IMG/VR virus record: IMGVR_UViG_3300012642_000011
Location: 192,001 to 256,000 of that record
Reading direction: 5' to 3' (one strand)
DNA: 64,000 nt
Origin: a virus
The notes beneath the pieces are model-generated. The model ran no database searches. It was not told where the DNA came from and was given only the letters and a program-made list of their open reading frames with translations. Positions within the stretch are counted from its first letter, which is position 1, and the number at the start of each line of letters is the position of its first letter. Of the stretch, positions 51,853-61,539 are shown piece after piece. The position numbers and the translations under genes are program-made.

Positions 51853-52084
51853 GGTATCTCCTTGAAGAGTGGTGGGTCTTGCCGGTTGCTTGCCCCTTGA
51901 TGACTCCTACTCTACCAGCAAGACGCTCCATTATCCAACCCCAGAGCAATATTGTGTTCTTCAACAGTAAGCGCACACTCGGATGGACGAGTCGCTCTGG
52001 GGACACAAATTAATGCTTAAGTATCCTATACGCACGCATGCCCGCCACCCCTCTGTCGTAGAGTTCTGGCGGGCATGCTGCATG

Positions 52085-52453
52085 TCAGCGAGAGGTGTTC
52101 AGAACCGAAAAAAGGTCATTCATAAGCATGGCGGCAACACGGTTCCGTGACGCCTCATCTGCAGGCACGGGAACGTCCGACATTGCCATGTGGATGAGCC
52201 TCTTCGTCTGGTCAGACAGGAACTCCTCGGCGATCTGGGTATCGGTCGCACCGGCGTCACGCTTTCTCTTGAGGTTGCCAGCAATCATCTTACGATGGCG
52301 GGCGTCCATGAAAGCCTTGAGGTCATGAGAAGAGATCGTTTCAACAAGGTTCGATGTGCTTGCGACCTCTACAGCCGACTTGTAATCCCCCTCAGCACGA
52401 TTGATGAACTGGTCGATGATGAACGTGACGATGTCCTGCTGATCCTGCTCCAT
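52085..52453 (-). CDS. hypothetical 122-aa protein
   Basis: Conserved module G upstream. Confidence 0.5.
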   Translation of the reverse strand: MEQDQQDIVTFIIDQFINRAEGDYKSAVEVASTSNLVETISSHDLKAFMDARHRKMIAGNLKRKRDAGATDTQIAEEFLSDQTKRLIHMAMSDVPVPADEASRNRVAAMLMNDLFSVLNTSR

Positions 52454-52537
52454 GATGTTCTCCTTGAGAGTGTTGGTCTCGGGCTGTTCCCTTGACCTGA
52501 TGAAATGATCTTACCACACGGGACGCTCCACGGTCAA
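52454..52537 (-). promoter_or_regulatory. conserved promoter-leader module (copy G): -35 TTGACC, 18-nt spacer with GGAGCGTCC, -10 TAAGAT, leader hairpin, SD
   Basis: -10 at + strand 52508-52513, -35 at 52532-52537. Confidence 0.65.
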
Positions 52538-52642
52538 TCTTTCCATGAAACTTCATGCATGAATGGTTCCGCGTTCGGACCTATTCATGCATGGCCCCTC
52601 CCCTGTGGGGACACAATATGGGTGACCACTGTGCGCACGATA

Positions 52643-52686
52643 AAGCCCCGCCGTCCCTCCGTGATGGAGTTCAGGCGGGGCGTCGG
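52643..52686. terminator. type-2 hairpin: stem GCCCCGCC/GGCGGGGC with structured loop GTCCCTCCGTGATGGAGTTCAG
   Basis: Immediately 3' of the 52696 stop; identical element at 53095-53138; family also at about 43915, 44055, 44778, 51395, 56380, 56785, 60660, 61240, 63403. Confidence 0.6.
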
Positions 52687-52695
52687 GGGTCAGGA

Positions 52696-52947
52696 TCAGA
52701 GCGTGATGACCTCGATAGCGGCGATCTCCGACAGGTTGATGAACAGGTCAGCGGTGCTCTTGACGACGGCGGGGTACTTACCCTGCGCGTGGTCATCGGT
52801 CAGGATCTGGAAGCCCTCGGCGGACATGCGAGCATCCTCCAGCGGCTCGGGGGCAGTCTTGACCTGCACGCCGGACTTCAGCGTGATGACGACCTGACCC
52901 TCGCGGTGATCGAACTTGTAACCGATAAAGTTCTTGTTCTGCTCCAT
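52696..52947 (-). CDS. hypothetical 83-aa protein
   Basis: Conserved module H upstream. Confidence 0.5.
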   Translation of the reverse strand: MEQNKNFIGYKFDHREGQVVITLKSGVQVKTAPEPLEDARMSAEGFQILTDDHAQGKYPAVVKSTADLFINLSEIAAIEVITL

Positions 52948-53147
52948 GATGTTCTCCTTGAAAGTGTTGGTCTCGGGTGGCTCCCTTGACCTGATGGAAT
53001 GACCTTACCACACAGGACGCTTCTTGTGCAACCCACATTGGAGGAGAAGGGAGGGGACACAAGATGTTGCCACCAGAGCACTACGAACATGACAAAGCCC
53101 CGCCGTCCCTCCGTGATGGAGTTCAGGCGGGGCATTATCGGAGTGAG

Positions 53148-53522
53148 TCACTCCACGGGAGCGAGGATCTGGGCGAGCTCTTCATCGGTCAGCGAGTCGT
53201 AGTGGGACTCACCCTCGTCATCCACGCTCTCGCGGATCACCAGCACCGGACCGAACGGGTACGTTTCGTCCATGAGACCCAGACGATTGATGACGTGCTC
53301 GTGGGGGTTGGGAGTGTCGAACCTGTAGATGCCCTCGTCGTCGGCCACGACCTCGATACCGTCACTGTAGTTCTTACGCGGCATGTAGGTGATCAGACCC
53401 AGCCCCGCGACCTCTCGAAAGACGCGGAATGCGCCAGCACCCTCTTCGATGGTCATTTCCACGGCACGCGGGGCAGAGTCGAGGTTGGCGGGAACAAGCA
53501 CGGCCTTGATGGTCTGCGACAT
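53148..53522 (-). CDS. paralog family B member 2 (124 aa)
   Basis: MSQTIKAVLVPANLDSAPRAVEM...; module I upstream. Confidence 0.5.
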   Translation of the reverse strand: MSQTIKAVLVPANLDSAPRAVEMTIEEGAGAFRVFREVAGLGLITYMPRKNYSDGIEVVADDEGIYRFDTPNPHEHVINRLGLMDETYPFGPVLVIRESVDDEGESHYDSLTDEELAQILAPVE

Positions 53523-53607
53523 GGTATCTCTCCTTGAGAGTTTCGGTCTTGGGCGGTTCCTTCGACCTGATGAGACCATCCTACATGATAGGACGCTCCA
53601 CTGTCCA
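53523..53607 (-). promoter_or_regulatory. conserved promoter-leader module (copy I): TGGACA-18-TAGGAT
   Basis: -10 at 53578-53583, -35 at 53602-53607. Confidence 0.6.
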
Positions 53608-54151
53608 GACCGCACCCAGTCACAGTTGTCGTGGCTGCAGTTACCACTAAAGACATTTTGCTTCCTCAAGGTGTCTTTGAAGTCAATCTGTCCATGAAAG
53701 AGAACGTGATGAATACACTTTGACATTTTGACTCGAAGACTGATTGGACAAATTGATCTGGGGGTGATCCGTAGTGACCCTCCGAACGTCACCACGGCCT
53801 CGTGCATGCTGTGCGGCGCTGTAAGCCTATTTGACGCACTGACATTGCCTCAGCGTCCAAGAGTGCCCTCAGATGTCACCAGAGGCTCACAGAGGCGCTC
53901 ATAGGCTCCTGACGCACTCGGAGAGGGCCACGTGCTCTCGTGCTCTCGTAAAGTCTCCTGCACCCTCACAGGGACCATAATGACCATGTGATGCCATGTG
54001 AGCACGATGGGGCAGGCGCGCAACTGCTGCATCTATCCCTGACGGTGAGAGCGGATAGTGGGCGAGTTGCCATAGGGGACACAAAAGATGATACAAAGAG
54101 ATGACCCCGCTTTGCGATTCAGGTCAGAATCGCAAAGCAGGGTCTAACAGG

Positions 54152-54490
54152 TCACTTCTCGGGGAAGGTGTAGGTCGCCAGCAGTCGCGGAGTCTTGCGC
54201 CCCTCGACGTTCTCGAACACGCGGTACTCAGCGACGGCACCGAACTCGCCCATGCTCTCTGCAACCTTATCGAAGATGTCGAAGGGGTGATGGACGGCAA
54301 AGAGATGCTTTGTAGTCGTCTCGCCATTGCTACCCTCGAAGTAGAACTTCTTGTCGCCATGAAGGCGCACCTTGCCGAAGAACTGGAAAGGGTGGTTCGG
54401 GTTGTTGTTGATTACGCCCTTGTAGTTGACGGTCTTGGCGAACAGGCTGCTCTCCGTGGGAGTGACGTGGGTAACGATGGTCTCAGACAT
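54152..54490 (-). CDS. hypothetical 112-aa protein
   Basis: SD gaggagaaaccATG. Confidence 0.45.
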   Translation of the reverse strand: MSETIVTHVTPTESSLFAKTVNYKGVINNNPNHPFQFFGKVRLHGDKKFYFEGSNGETTTKHLFAVHHPFDIFDKVAESMGEFGAVAEYRVFENVEGRKTPRLLATYTFPEK

Positions 54491-54892
54491 GGTTTCTCCT
54501 CAGAAAATATGGCAGGGTCTTCCTGATCCAGTAATTCGATTCTACTACATCCTCTCTTGCGAGTCAACAACTCCGATGAGACGGTACTGGTGGTTGCCCT
54601 TGCCGTGCCGCTGACACCATTCGGGGACACAGTTAGCACATTGCAGCAAGAGCCACCAAGTAACCCGTAAGGGTGAAAGGTGGCGTAGTGGTCAGTGCTG
54701 ATCAGGTCGATTCCCTTGATGGTGCGCATGATGAGTGCCCTCTTCCTGTTGAGTGATCTTTGTCCATGCAGTCTATCAGGGATGGGGCGAGAGTCAAGTG
54801 GATGTAAAGGTTCCCGAGGGGACACAAGATGATCAGAAAAACACAAGACCCAGCAATTCAACTCACTGGGTCTTGTGTTTGTGCGTGTTCCC

Positions 54893-55114
54893 TCAGTCCT
54901 CGATGTCCTCTGCAACGGTGTAGTCCGCGCTCAGCGACACCCACTTTGCGCCACGGTAGTTGCCCGAGGACAGCGCGACATACTTCATACCATCGAGCTT
55001 AGCCGACTCCAGCATTTCGATCAGCTCGTCGATGCTCTCCGCTGCGTCGTCCAGCGAGTAGGCCAAGCCGCCGCCGCTGAGGATGATGGTATTCTGATCG
55101 GTGATCTCGCTCAT
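54893..55114 (-). CDS. hypothetical acidic 73-aa protein
   Basis: Module J upstream. Confidence 0.45.
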   Translation of the reverse strand: MSEITDQNTIILSGGGLAYSLDDAAESIDELIEMLESAKLDGMKYVALSSGNYRGAKWVSLSADYTVAEDIED

Positions 55115-55201
55115 GGTCTTCTCCTATGAAATGGTGGTCTTGGGGGATTCCTTGACCTGATGATGAAACTCTACACCACAGGACGCTCCATATGCAAACA
55201 A

Positions 55202-55615
55202 TCAGTTCATCGGGATCATCTTGTCCCAGTCACGGACGAACGTCATGTCCTTGAACGCTTCATGATGAGTATCGCCATAGCGGACGCGCCACTGCTGCAT
55301 CGGTACCAGCCCCTCCCCATTGCGCACCAGTCGCTCGTATCCGGTTTTCGTGTAGCACCCCGACGTGTAGAGAATCTTGCCGTCCTCGGACTCCTGGACG
55401 CGCCGGATGATCTCTTTCGCCAGCCCCTTCCCACGATACTCGGGGCGCACCTCAAGGTCGCACAGAGCCAGTCCCTTTTCCTCGCCCTCCACCACGTGAT
55501 TGTCGTCGTGGTGGAAGTAGCAAAGGTAGGCTACCGGAACACCGTCGATCAGCATGAACGTGTCGATCATGGAGTTCGCCCAGCGCTTCTCCTTGTTAAG
55601 TGTGATGGTGCTCAT
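55202..55615 (-). CDS. GNAT-family N-acetyltransferase
   Basis: Acetyl-CoA-binding motif A LEVRPEYRGKGLAKEII (R-x-x-G-x-G/A). Confidence 0.6.
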   Translation of the reverse strand: MSTITLNKEKRWANSMIDTFMLIDGVPVAYLCYFHHDDNHVVEGEEKGLALCDLEVRPEYRGKGLAKEIIRRVQESEDGKILYTSGCYTKTGYERLVRNGEGLVPMQQWRVRYGDTHHEAFKDMTFVRDWDKMIPMN

Positions 55616-56011
55616 GATGTTCTCCTATGGGGAGTGCGGGTTTATTGCTGATGAGTAGCGGGGCGGGGAGAACTACCACTCCCCGCCCCGCCGTGTATCC
55701 GTTCAGGCGCTTGTGGGCTTTCCACAGTGACCATCAACCCATTGGGGAGGATGATCCACCGCATTTGAGCTTCTTCGAGAGGCTTGAGTGGCGCTCTGTC
55801 CTGTTGTCTTGATCGTAGCACCCTTGTGCTCATGGTGTCAATGCGAGTTCTCCACGGACAAGGACGCTCCACTGGTCTTGGTCTGTCACGCGCTGTTCTG
55901 GGTCTCGCTACTGTCCATCTCGTTCTTCATAGAAGGGACACAATCCCTGCACAGCGAGAGAGGGCGGGGCTTCCACCGTCTCCGGCTTCCGCCCCGCCCT
56001 CTTGGGTGAGG

Positions 56012-56212
56012 TCAGTAGTCCTCGTCCCGCGTCTCGACCCACTCGGCGTAACTGGACGGACTCATCCATTCAATCCGCAGCGGCTGGCCGGAGGCGCTGA
56101 ACCACTGCCCGCACGAGCACTGCTGGTCGCCCTGACCACGGTAGCACTCCACGGTCTCGCCGCAGCCACACTCCCACGTGTGGGTGGGGGTCTCGAACTC
56201 GTAATCCGCCAT
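56012..56212 (-). CDS. 66-aa zinc-ribbon-like protein (WECGCGETVEC...CSCGQWF)
   Basis: Module K upstream. Confidence 0.5.
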   Translation of the reverse strand: MADYEFETPTHTWECGCGETVECYRGQGDQQCSCGQWFSASGQPLRIEWMSPSSYAEWVETRDEDY

Positions 56213-56296
56213 GCTGCTCTCCTTGAGAGTGGTGGTCTTGGGATGTTCCCTTGACCTGATGAGACCAGACTACACGATAGGACGCTCCACTGTCCA
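56213..56296 (-). promoter_or_regulatory. conserved promoter-leader module (copy K): TGGACA-18-TAGTCT
   Basis: -10 at 56267-56272, -35 at 56291-56296; leader hairpin GGTCAAGGGAACATCCCAAGACC. Confidence 0.65.
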
Positions 56297-56433
56297 GTCG
56301 AAAACCGAGAATCTTTCTCCAGAAGGCAGACGGAGCGATCAGGGGACACACATCGAGGCGCGTGTGCGAAGCAGAAACGCCCCGCCATCGTCCTCTCGGG
56401 TGAGGAGTCAGGCGGGGCGGTCTCGGAGTGCTC

Positions 56434-56601
56434 ACTTGCTCCCGAAGGCACTCTGTGCGTTGCGGATCGCGGCGCTCTCACGAACCTTCTCGTCCGCCTC
56501 ATCACGCTTGCGAAGAGTCTCGCGCACGGCACGGCCCCACCGCTTGTTCGACTCGCTGATGACGCGGATGCTGATAGTGTTCTTGCTCTCGTTCTCCATG
56601 A
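56434..56601 (-). CDS. 55-aa basic protein (MENESKNTISIRVISESNKRWGRAVRETLRKRDEADEKV...)
   Basis: Hand translated; SD aaggagagcatc. Confidence 0.35.
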
Positions 56602-56842
56602 TGCTCTCCTTGCTCGGAGTTTGATTGACATGACCATGATAGAACGCGTTTGATGTTCATGTCAAGAGGTTTTCCAGAATTCCAGAGAGCGATCTTCGTG
56701 ACGGACTCATCGAGTGAGCGTGGTGGTTGCTGTCTGGGTGAGCAGGGCAAGGGGACACAGTATTCGTGAGCGCGGTAACGCGATGACACCGCCACGCCCC
56801 GCCTGTACTCTACCACAGAGGGACGGCGGGGCGCTGTGTTAT

Positions 56843-57232
56843 TCAGTCCGCGATCAGAACACCCTGCTCAACAAGGTAGTCGATCATCTTGGAGCGCACC
56901 AGCACCCAGCGGGAGCCATCTCCCTCGAAGTCATCACCGATGGTCTCCCACAGGAACTTGGAAGCATCCTCCATGTGCTCGATGCCGTTCGTGTAGAAAG
57001 TCGGAGCGGACTCAAGCGCCTGCTCACTCATGTCCACACCCAGTGCCACCATGATGACACGATCCTCGGGGCCGTCGTAACCGTTGTCCGTGGCCTCCAT
57101 GACCTCGGGGACGGGCACGCCGCGCTCAATGTGAGCCTCGAAGACCTGACTGATGAACTCGATCTCCACCGTGAGGTCGGGGAAGTTGTCGATAGCGTCG
57201 AAGACCTGATGATCGGTGACCTGCTTCATGTA
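56843..57232 (-). CDS. hypothetical acidic 129-aa protein
   Basis: Start MKQVTDHQVF; module L upstream. Confidence 0.5.
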   Translation of the reverse strand, partial: YMKQVTDHQVFDAIDNFPDLTVEIEFISQVFEAHIERGVPVPEVMEATDNGYDGPEDRVIMVALGVDMSEQALESAPTFYTNGIEHMEDASKFLWETIGDDFEGDGSRWVLVRSKMIDYLVEQGVLIAD

Positions 57233-57403
57233 TCTCTCCTTGAGAGTCGTGGTCTTGGGGGAATCCCTTGACCTGATAAGGCCATCGTAGCGCACGTAGT
57301 CCGCTTTGTCGAATCTGCAGACGGGGTAGCCCCAGAGGCCAAAGGGGACACGGAATCAAGGACAACAGAACAGGCGGGGAGTACTATCACTCCCCGCCTA
57401 CTC

Positions 57404-57715
57404 TCAACCTGCGATGTTCTGGGCGCGCTCGAAGTCCCGTGCCAGATTCAAGTCATCCAGAGCAGTGCAGATAGCCTCGTTGTAGGCGGAGATAGCCTTG
57501 CGGGTGCTCTTGTACGACTCGTCGCTGTGCCAGAGAGCGTAGAAGATGTTCAGCGATGTGAAGACGAACGTGACCCCAGAGGTGATGTACAAAGCAACAA
57601 CCAGCGCCACTGCCTCCATCACGCCGAGCACACAGGCAAGCGCGAACACGAGACCACCGGCGATGAAGAACTTAAACGCGCGATGTGAAAAATCATTGGA
57701 CATCTTGCGGTGCAT
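57404..57715 (-). CDS. small 2-TM membrane protein
   Basis: Hydrophobic helices FFIAGGLVFALACVLGV / VALVVALYITSGVTFVF. Confidence 0.4.
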   Translation of the reverse strand: MHRKMSNDFSHRAFKFFIAGGLVFALACVLGVMEAVALVVALYITSGVTFVFTSLNIFYALWHSDESYKSTRKAISAYNEAICTALDDLNLARDFERAQNIAG

Positions 57716-57774
57716 GCGGGCGGCGGCATGGAGCCTCCGAGCACGCGAGGCATCAGGGGTTTGCGGTGTAGAAA

Positions 57775-59120
57775 ACAGATGCTTAATTACATGCTTTTTG
57801 CTATACTATAATGTAGAAACGGGAAGAAGGTGAAAAATGATACTCACAGAGAAGCATGTGATTCGCAAAAATCACATGAACTTCAATGAGTGCGATCATC
57901 TCGCTTTCTTGAGCAAGAATCTTTACAATTCTACTCTTTTTGCCGTTCGCCAGCACTACTTCAGTAATGGTGAATACCTTAACTACAATAATGCAAATAA
58001 AATCTTCACCATAGAGGGACAAAGCGACTATGTTGCCTTGCCCAGAAAAGTCAGCAAACACACAATGATGCTGGTGGATCGTTCTTTCAAATCCTTTTTC
58101 AAACTCTTGGAGAAGAAAAGAAATGGAGAATATGACAAAACCGTAAGAATCCCAAAATACTTAGACAAAACAAAAGGTCGTCAAGTTGTTCATTATGAAA
58201 AAGGGGCATTGTCCTTCAAGAAGAAGGAGGGGTACCTCTATCTTTCACAGACTAACATATATTTGAAAACCAAGGTAACTTCGGATCAAATTCAATTTGC
58301 TAGAATCGTCCCTCGGGGTGAGCATTATGTGATTGAGGTGGGATATAGGGTTCCTCAGGTAGATAATCTTCACGATAATGGGCGATACCTGTCCCTTGAT
58401 CTTGGGGTGAATAATCTTGTCACAGCAGTGAGCAATGTGACAGCCCCGATACTCTTCAATGGGCGACCATTGAAGAGTATCAATCAGTTTTACAATAAGA
58501 GATTTGCATCCCTTCAGTCTAAACTCGGAGAGGAGGTGAAAAGCAGTAAGCAGATCAAGACTTTGCATCAGAGAAGATTGAACAAAATCAATGATTATCT
58601 CCACAAAGCCTCAAGAATGTTGGTGAATCACGCAGTTGAAAACTCTATCAATACTATAGTTATTGGATACAATAAAGAGTGGAAACAAGACATCAACATT
58701 GGGCGAAGAAACAATCAGAATTTTGCCTCTATTCCTTTTGCAAGGCTTATTGAGATGATTGAATACAAGGCTTCTCTTGTTGGTATCAACACCATCAGAC
58801 AGGAAGAGTCCTATACTTCCAAGTGTTCCTTTCTTGACGATGAGCAGGTGAGGAAAGCCAATTCCTATTCAGGAAGAAGGGTGAGTCGAGGTCTTTTCAA
58901 GACTGGGCAAGGACTTCGCGTTAATGCTGATGTGAATGGTGCCTTGAATATCTTAAGAAAAGCACTGAAAGTATCATGGAATGACCAGTTGTGGTCAGAC
59001 TGTGTAGCGGCGTGCAGTGTGCCGAAGCGGGTCAATATACCAGCTTGAAATGTTAATTCATGTTTATCATGTTTTCAACTAACTGTCCATCTTCTCGTTC
59101 ATCGTAAGTATTTTTTCTCC
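57775..59120 (+). mobile_element. second low-GC IS1341-like tnpB-only element (about 1.35 kb, with about 75-nt AT-rich tail after tnpB stop)
   Basis: AT-rich island; tail ...gtaagtattttttctccttgggaatag is the likely right end / omega-RNA region. Confidence 0.55.
57837..59048 (+). CDS. tnpB: TnpB-like RuvC-fold protein (zinc-finger Cys largely lost)
   Basis: RuvC-I LSLDLGVNNLVTAV, C-terminal YTSKCSFL...NADVNGALNILRK; only one Cys where CxxC...CxxC is expected. Confidence 0.75.
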   Translation: MILTEKHVIRKNHMNFNECDHLAFLSKNLYNSTLFAVRQHYFSNGEYLNYNNANKIFTIEGQSDYVALPRKVSKHTMMLVDRSFKSFFKLLEKKRNGEYDKTVRIPKYLDKTKGRQVVHYEKGALSFKKKEGYLYLSQTNIYLKTKVTSDQIQFARIVPRGEHYVIEVGYRVPQVDNLHDNGRYLSLDLGVNNLVTAVSNVTAPILFNGRPLKSINQFYNKRFASLQSKLGEEVKSSKQIKTLHQRRLNKINDYLHKASRMLVNHAVENSINTIVIGYNKEWKQDINIGRRNNQNFASIPFARLIEMIEYKASLVGINTIRQEESYTSKCSFLDDEQVRKANSYSGRRVSRGLFKTGQGLRVNADVNGALNILRKALKVSWNDQLWSDCVAACSVPKRVNIPA

Positions 59121-59152
59121 TTGGGAATAGTGGTTTCCGAGCGTGAAGCGGT

Positions 59153-59479
59153 TCAGAGGCTCGTGATCTGGTAAGTGTAAGACTTCAGGTCACCCTTGGG
59201 CTTCGTGGAGTAATCAACTTCCACAGCGACGATGCTCCCGCTCTTGTCAAGCACCGGACGCGCCAGTTCGAACAGGGAGTAGCGAGGGTCACTCTCTTCA
59301 GCGGCGCGCAGAGCGGCAGGCTGGTGCAGTTGGAACAGGCGAGTGTTGCGCTCATCCTGTGCGGTCTGCGCACGGGGTGTGCTCCGCTTCGGCTTCACCG
59401 TGGCGGTGACCTTGTTCTCGATGATTGCGCGGGCGGTGGGAGTCATCAGGGACAGGCTGTGCCGCGTGGAAGACTTCAT
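59153..59479 (-). CDS. hypothetical 108-aa protein
   Basis: SD aaggagagcatc. Confidence 0.45.
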   Translation of the reverse strand: MKSSTRHSLSLMTPTARAIIENKVTATVKPKRSTPRAQTAQDERNTRLFQLHQPAALRAAEESDPRYSLFELARPVLDKSGSIVAVEVDYSTKPKGDLKSYTYQITSL

Positions 59480-59511
59480 GATGCTCTCCTTAGGGGAATG
59501 ACTGTGTTGTT

Positions 59512-60039
59512 TCAGTCTTCGAAGCGGATAGCAGGAATGATCTTGAAACCATTGTAGCGGGTCTTTTCAAGATAGTCAAGAAGGTCGATTACCAAGTAGC
59601 CCCACGAGGTGTCAGAGGGGATCTTCCAGCCATCCTCGCCAGCATCAAGGACGCGCCGCACGTCAGCATTGAACCTGTGATCGTCTGCCTGCCTCTTGCG
59701 GATACGAGCAGTAGTGTTCTCCACGTAGGTGAGCACTTCCAGAGCCTCGCTCTTGAACGGTTCAGGAAGAGACTGGGCGCTCTCCATCGTGACGTTCTTG
59801 GCGATTTCAAGATCATCGTCATCGAGGTATTGGTTGGAGTTGATGATCTCATCGACCTCACGATCAGCACGAGTGTCGATGAAGTCGTCGCTGCGAAGGA
59901 AGTACTTTTCGCTTGTCATTTTCACCAACTCGGCGTGACAGAATCGAGCGAACTGATCAGGGGAGTTGATGATGTAGTGGTCTCGCTCACGGGTGTCTTC
60001 ACCTGCCAGCGTGACGATGATGGGGTAGTCAATGCTCAT
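59512..60039 (-). CDS. hypothetical acidic 175-aa protein
   Basis: SD aggagaacatc. Confidence 0.5.
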   Translation of the reverse strand: MSIDYPIIVTLAGEDTRERDHYIINSPDQFARFCHAELVKMTSEKYFLRSDDFIDTRADREVDEIINSNQYLDDDDLEIAKNVTMESAQSLPEPFKSEALEVLTYVENTTARIRKRQADDHRFNADVRRVLDAGEDGWKIPSDTSWGYLVIDLLDYLEKTRYNGFKIIPAIRFED

Positions 60040-60226
60040 GATGTTCTCCTAATGAATAATTGATGAGTCTTGTTCAAGTGCAATGCTATACCGTCATATG
60101 TGTTACGTCAAGCCTCATCCGCGAGCGATCAAGGAGTTCTCACATGGGGACACAACTTGAGCGCAAGCGCACCCCTTGAACAGCAAAAAGTGGGCAGCGC
60201 CTCCACTACCCACCCTTGCTCATGAG

Positions 60227-60520
60227 TCAGGCGCTCTTGACGTTCGTCTGCACCCACTCGATTGCGTCTTCGGGGCTGGCGAACGTTCCGAGGATAACAG
60301 GCTGTGACTTGCGCAGTCGGCGCTTGTGGTCGGAGTGCTTCAGGACCGTGACGTAGCCGCCCAGATGGATCATGTAGTCCACATCGTGACCATTGACATG
60401 CATGCTCATGTTGGTGAAGTCAGTCATGAGGACGGAGAGATCATTGAGCGGGTGGTGCTCGAAGTCAACGATCTTGTTCGCGGTCTCGGTCAGGTTCTCG
60501 GTGACATCTACGGTGTTCAT
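60227..60520 (-). CDS. hypothetical 97-aa protein
   Basis: SD aaggagagaac. Confidence 0.5.
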   Translation of the reverse strand: MNTVDVTENLTETANKIVDFEHHPLNDLSVLMTDFTNMSMHVNGHDVDYMIHLGGYVTVLKHSDHKRRLRKSQPVILGTFASPEDAIEWVQTNVKSA

Positions 60521-60712
60521 GTTCTCTCCTTAGAGTGTCTGCGCGGTGTTGCGCTCTGCAATGAACTCTACCCTACGCGGTGGATCATTGTCAAAGCGCA
60601 ACGCAGTGAATGCATATGGGGACACAATACTCGCGGCAGCGCCATGAGCGCAGCAGCACAACGCCCCGCCGTTCATCCTCGGGGGACTACTGGGCGGGGC
60701 GCTGGTGGGGTC

Positions 60713-61042
60713 TTAGCGGGCGAGCAGAGTCCGCACGGACTGGATCATGCGGGTCACGTGCTTGATGCTCTCCTGCGCGTCGTCCGACTCATCGTAGTGA
60801 CGCTCGGCGGTGAAGATGTTGCGATCACCCTGATAGGCGCGGGCATTCACGCGCATGCCGGTGGGGTGGTTCAGGAACACGCTCACATAGACGCGACCGG
60901 CGGGCTCATTGCTGTCCTTGTCGAACAGGTGCTCGAACTCATCGGACAGGTCGAAGTAGGGAGCGCTGAGCGTGTAGCCGAGAGTCTTGTGCTCGTGCAG
61001 GCGGGTGATGGTCTCGTGGATATTCTTGGTCGTCGGCTCCAT
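60713..61042 (-). CDS. hypothetical 109-aa protein
   Basis: Start MEPTTKN; module M upstream. Confidence 0.5.
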   Translation of the reverse strand: MEPTTKNIHETITRLHEHKTLGYTLSAPYFDLSDEFEHLFDKDSNEPAGRVYVSVFLNHPTGMRVNARAYQGDRNIFTAERHYDESDDAQESIKHVTRMIQSVRTLLAR

Positions 61043-61127
61043 GATGGTCTCCTTGGGGAGTTGTGGGGTTCGGCTCTTCCTCATCCCTTGATGAATCCCA
61101 CTTTACCAGACAGACGCTCCGCTGTCC
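61043..61127 (-). promoter_or_regulatory. conserved promoter-leader module (copy M): TGGACA-17-TAAAGT
   Basis: -10 at 61099-61104, -35 at 61122-61127. Confidence 0.6.
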
Positions 61128-61287
61128 AGCCGGAATGAGTAGGGCGAACAACTTTTTCCTCCCTATGCGATGAGGGGGTGGGTGTAGCGTGAGGGGACAC
61201 AGATTGTATGATCACCACATCGGCAACACACACACAACGCCCCGCCGTTCATCCTCTGGGGGACTACTGGGCGGAGCGTGCGGTGGA

Positions 61288-61539
61288 TCAGGCGTTGGTC
61301 TGGTAGCGACGCTCCCACTCGTCCATGATGGAGTTCGCCACGCGGTTGAGGGTGCACGCGTTGGTGTCCATGAGGATGACTCGGTAGCCCTTCTTGCTCC
61401 CCGTGACCGCACCGTAGCGGGTCAGGGTGCGGGCACAGACATGGTTGATGATCTTGGTCACATCCATCTCGTCTGTGCCCTTGAACTGCGGCAGGGTCAG
61501 GGTCATCTCGCCCACGCGGTAGATCTTCATCGTCGTCAT
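61288..61539 (-). CDS. hypothetical 83-aa protein sharing N-terminal MTTMKIYRVGEMT with the 50694..51248 gene
   Basis: See duplicated 5' module. Confidence 0.45.
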   Translation of the reverse strand: MTTMKIYRVGEMTLTLPQFKGTDEMDVTKIINHVCARTLTRYGAVTGSKKGYRVILMDTNACTLNRVANSIMDEWERRYQTNA

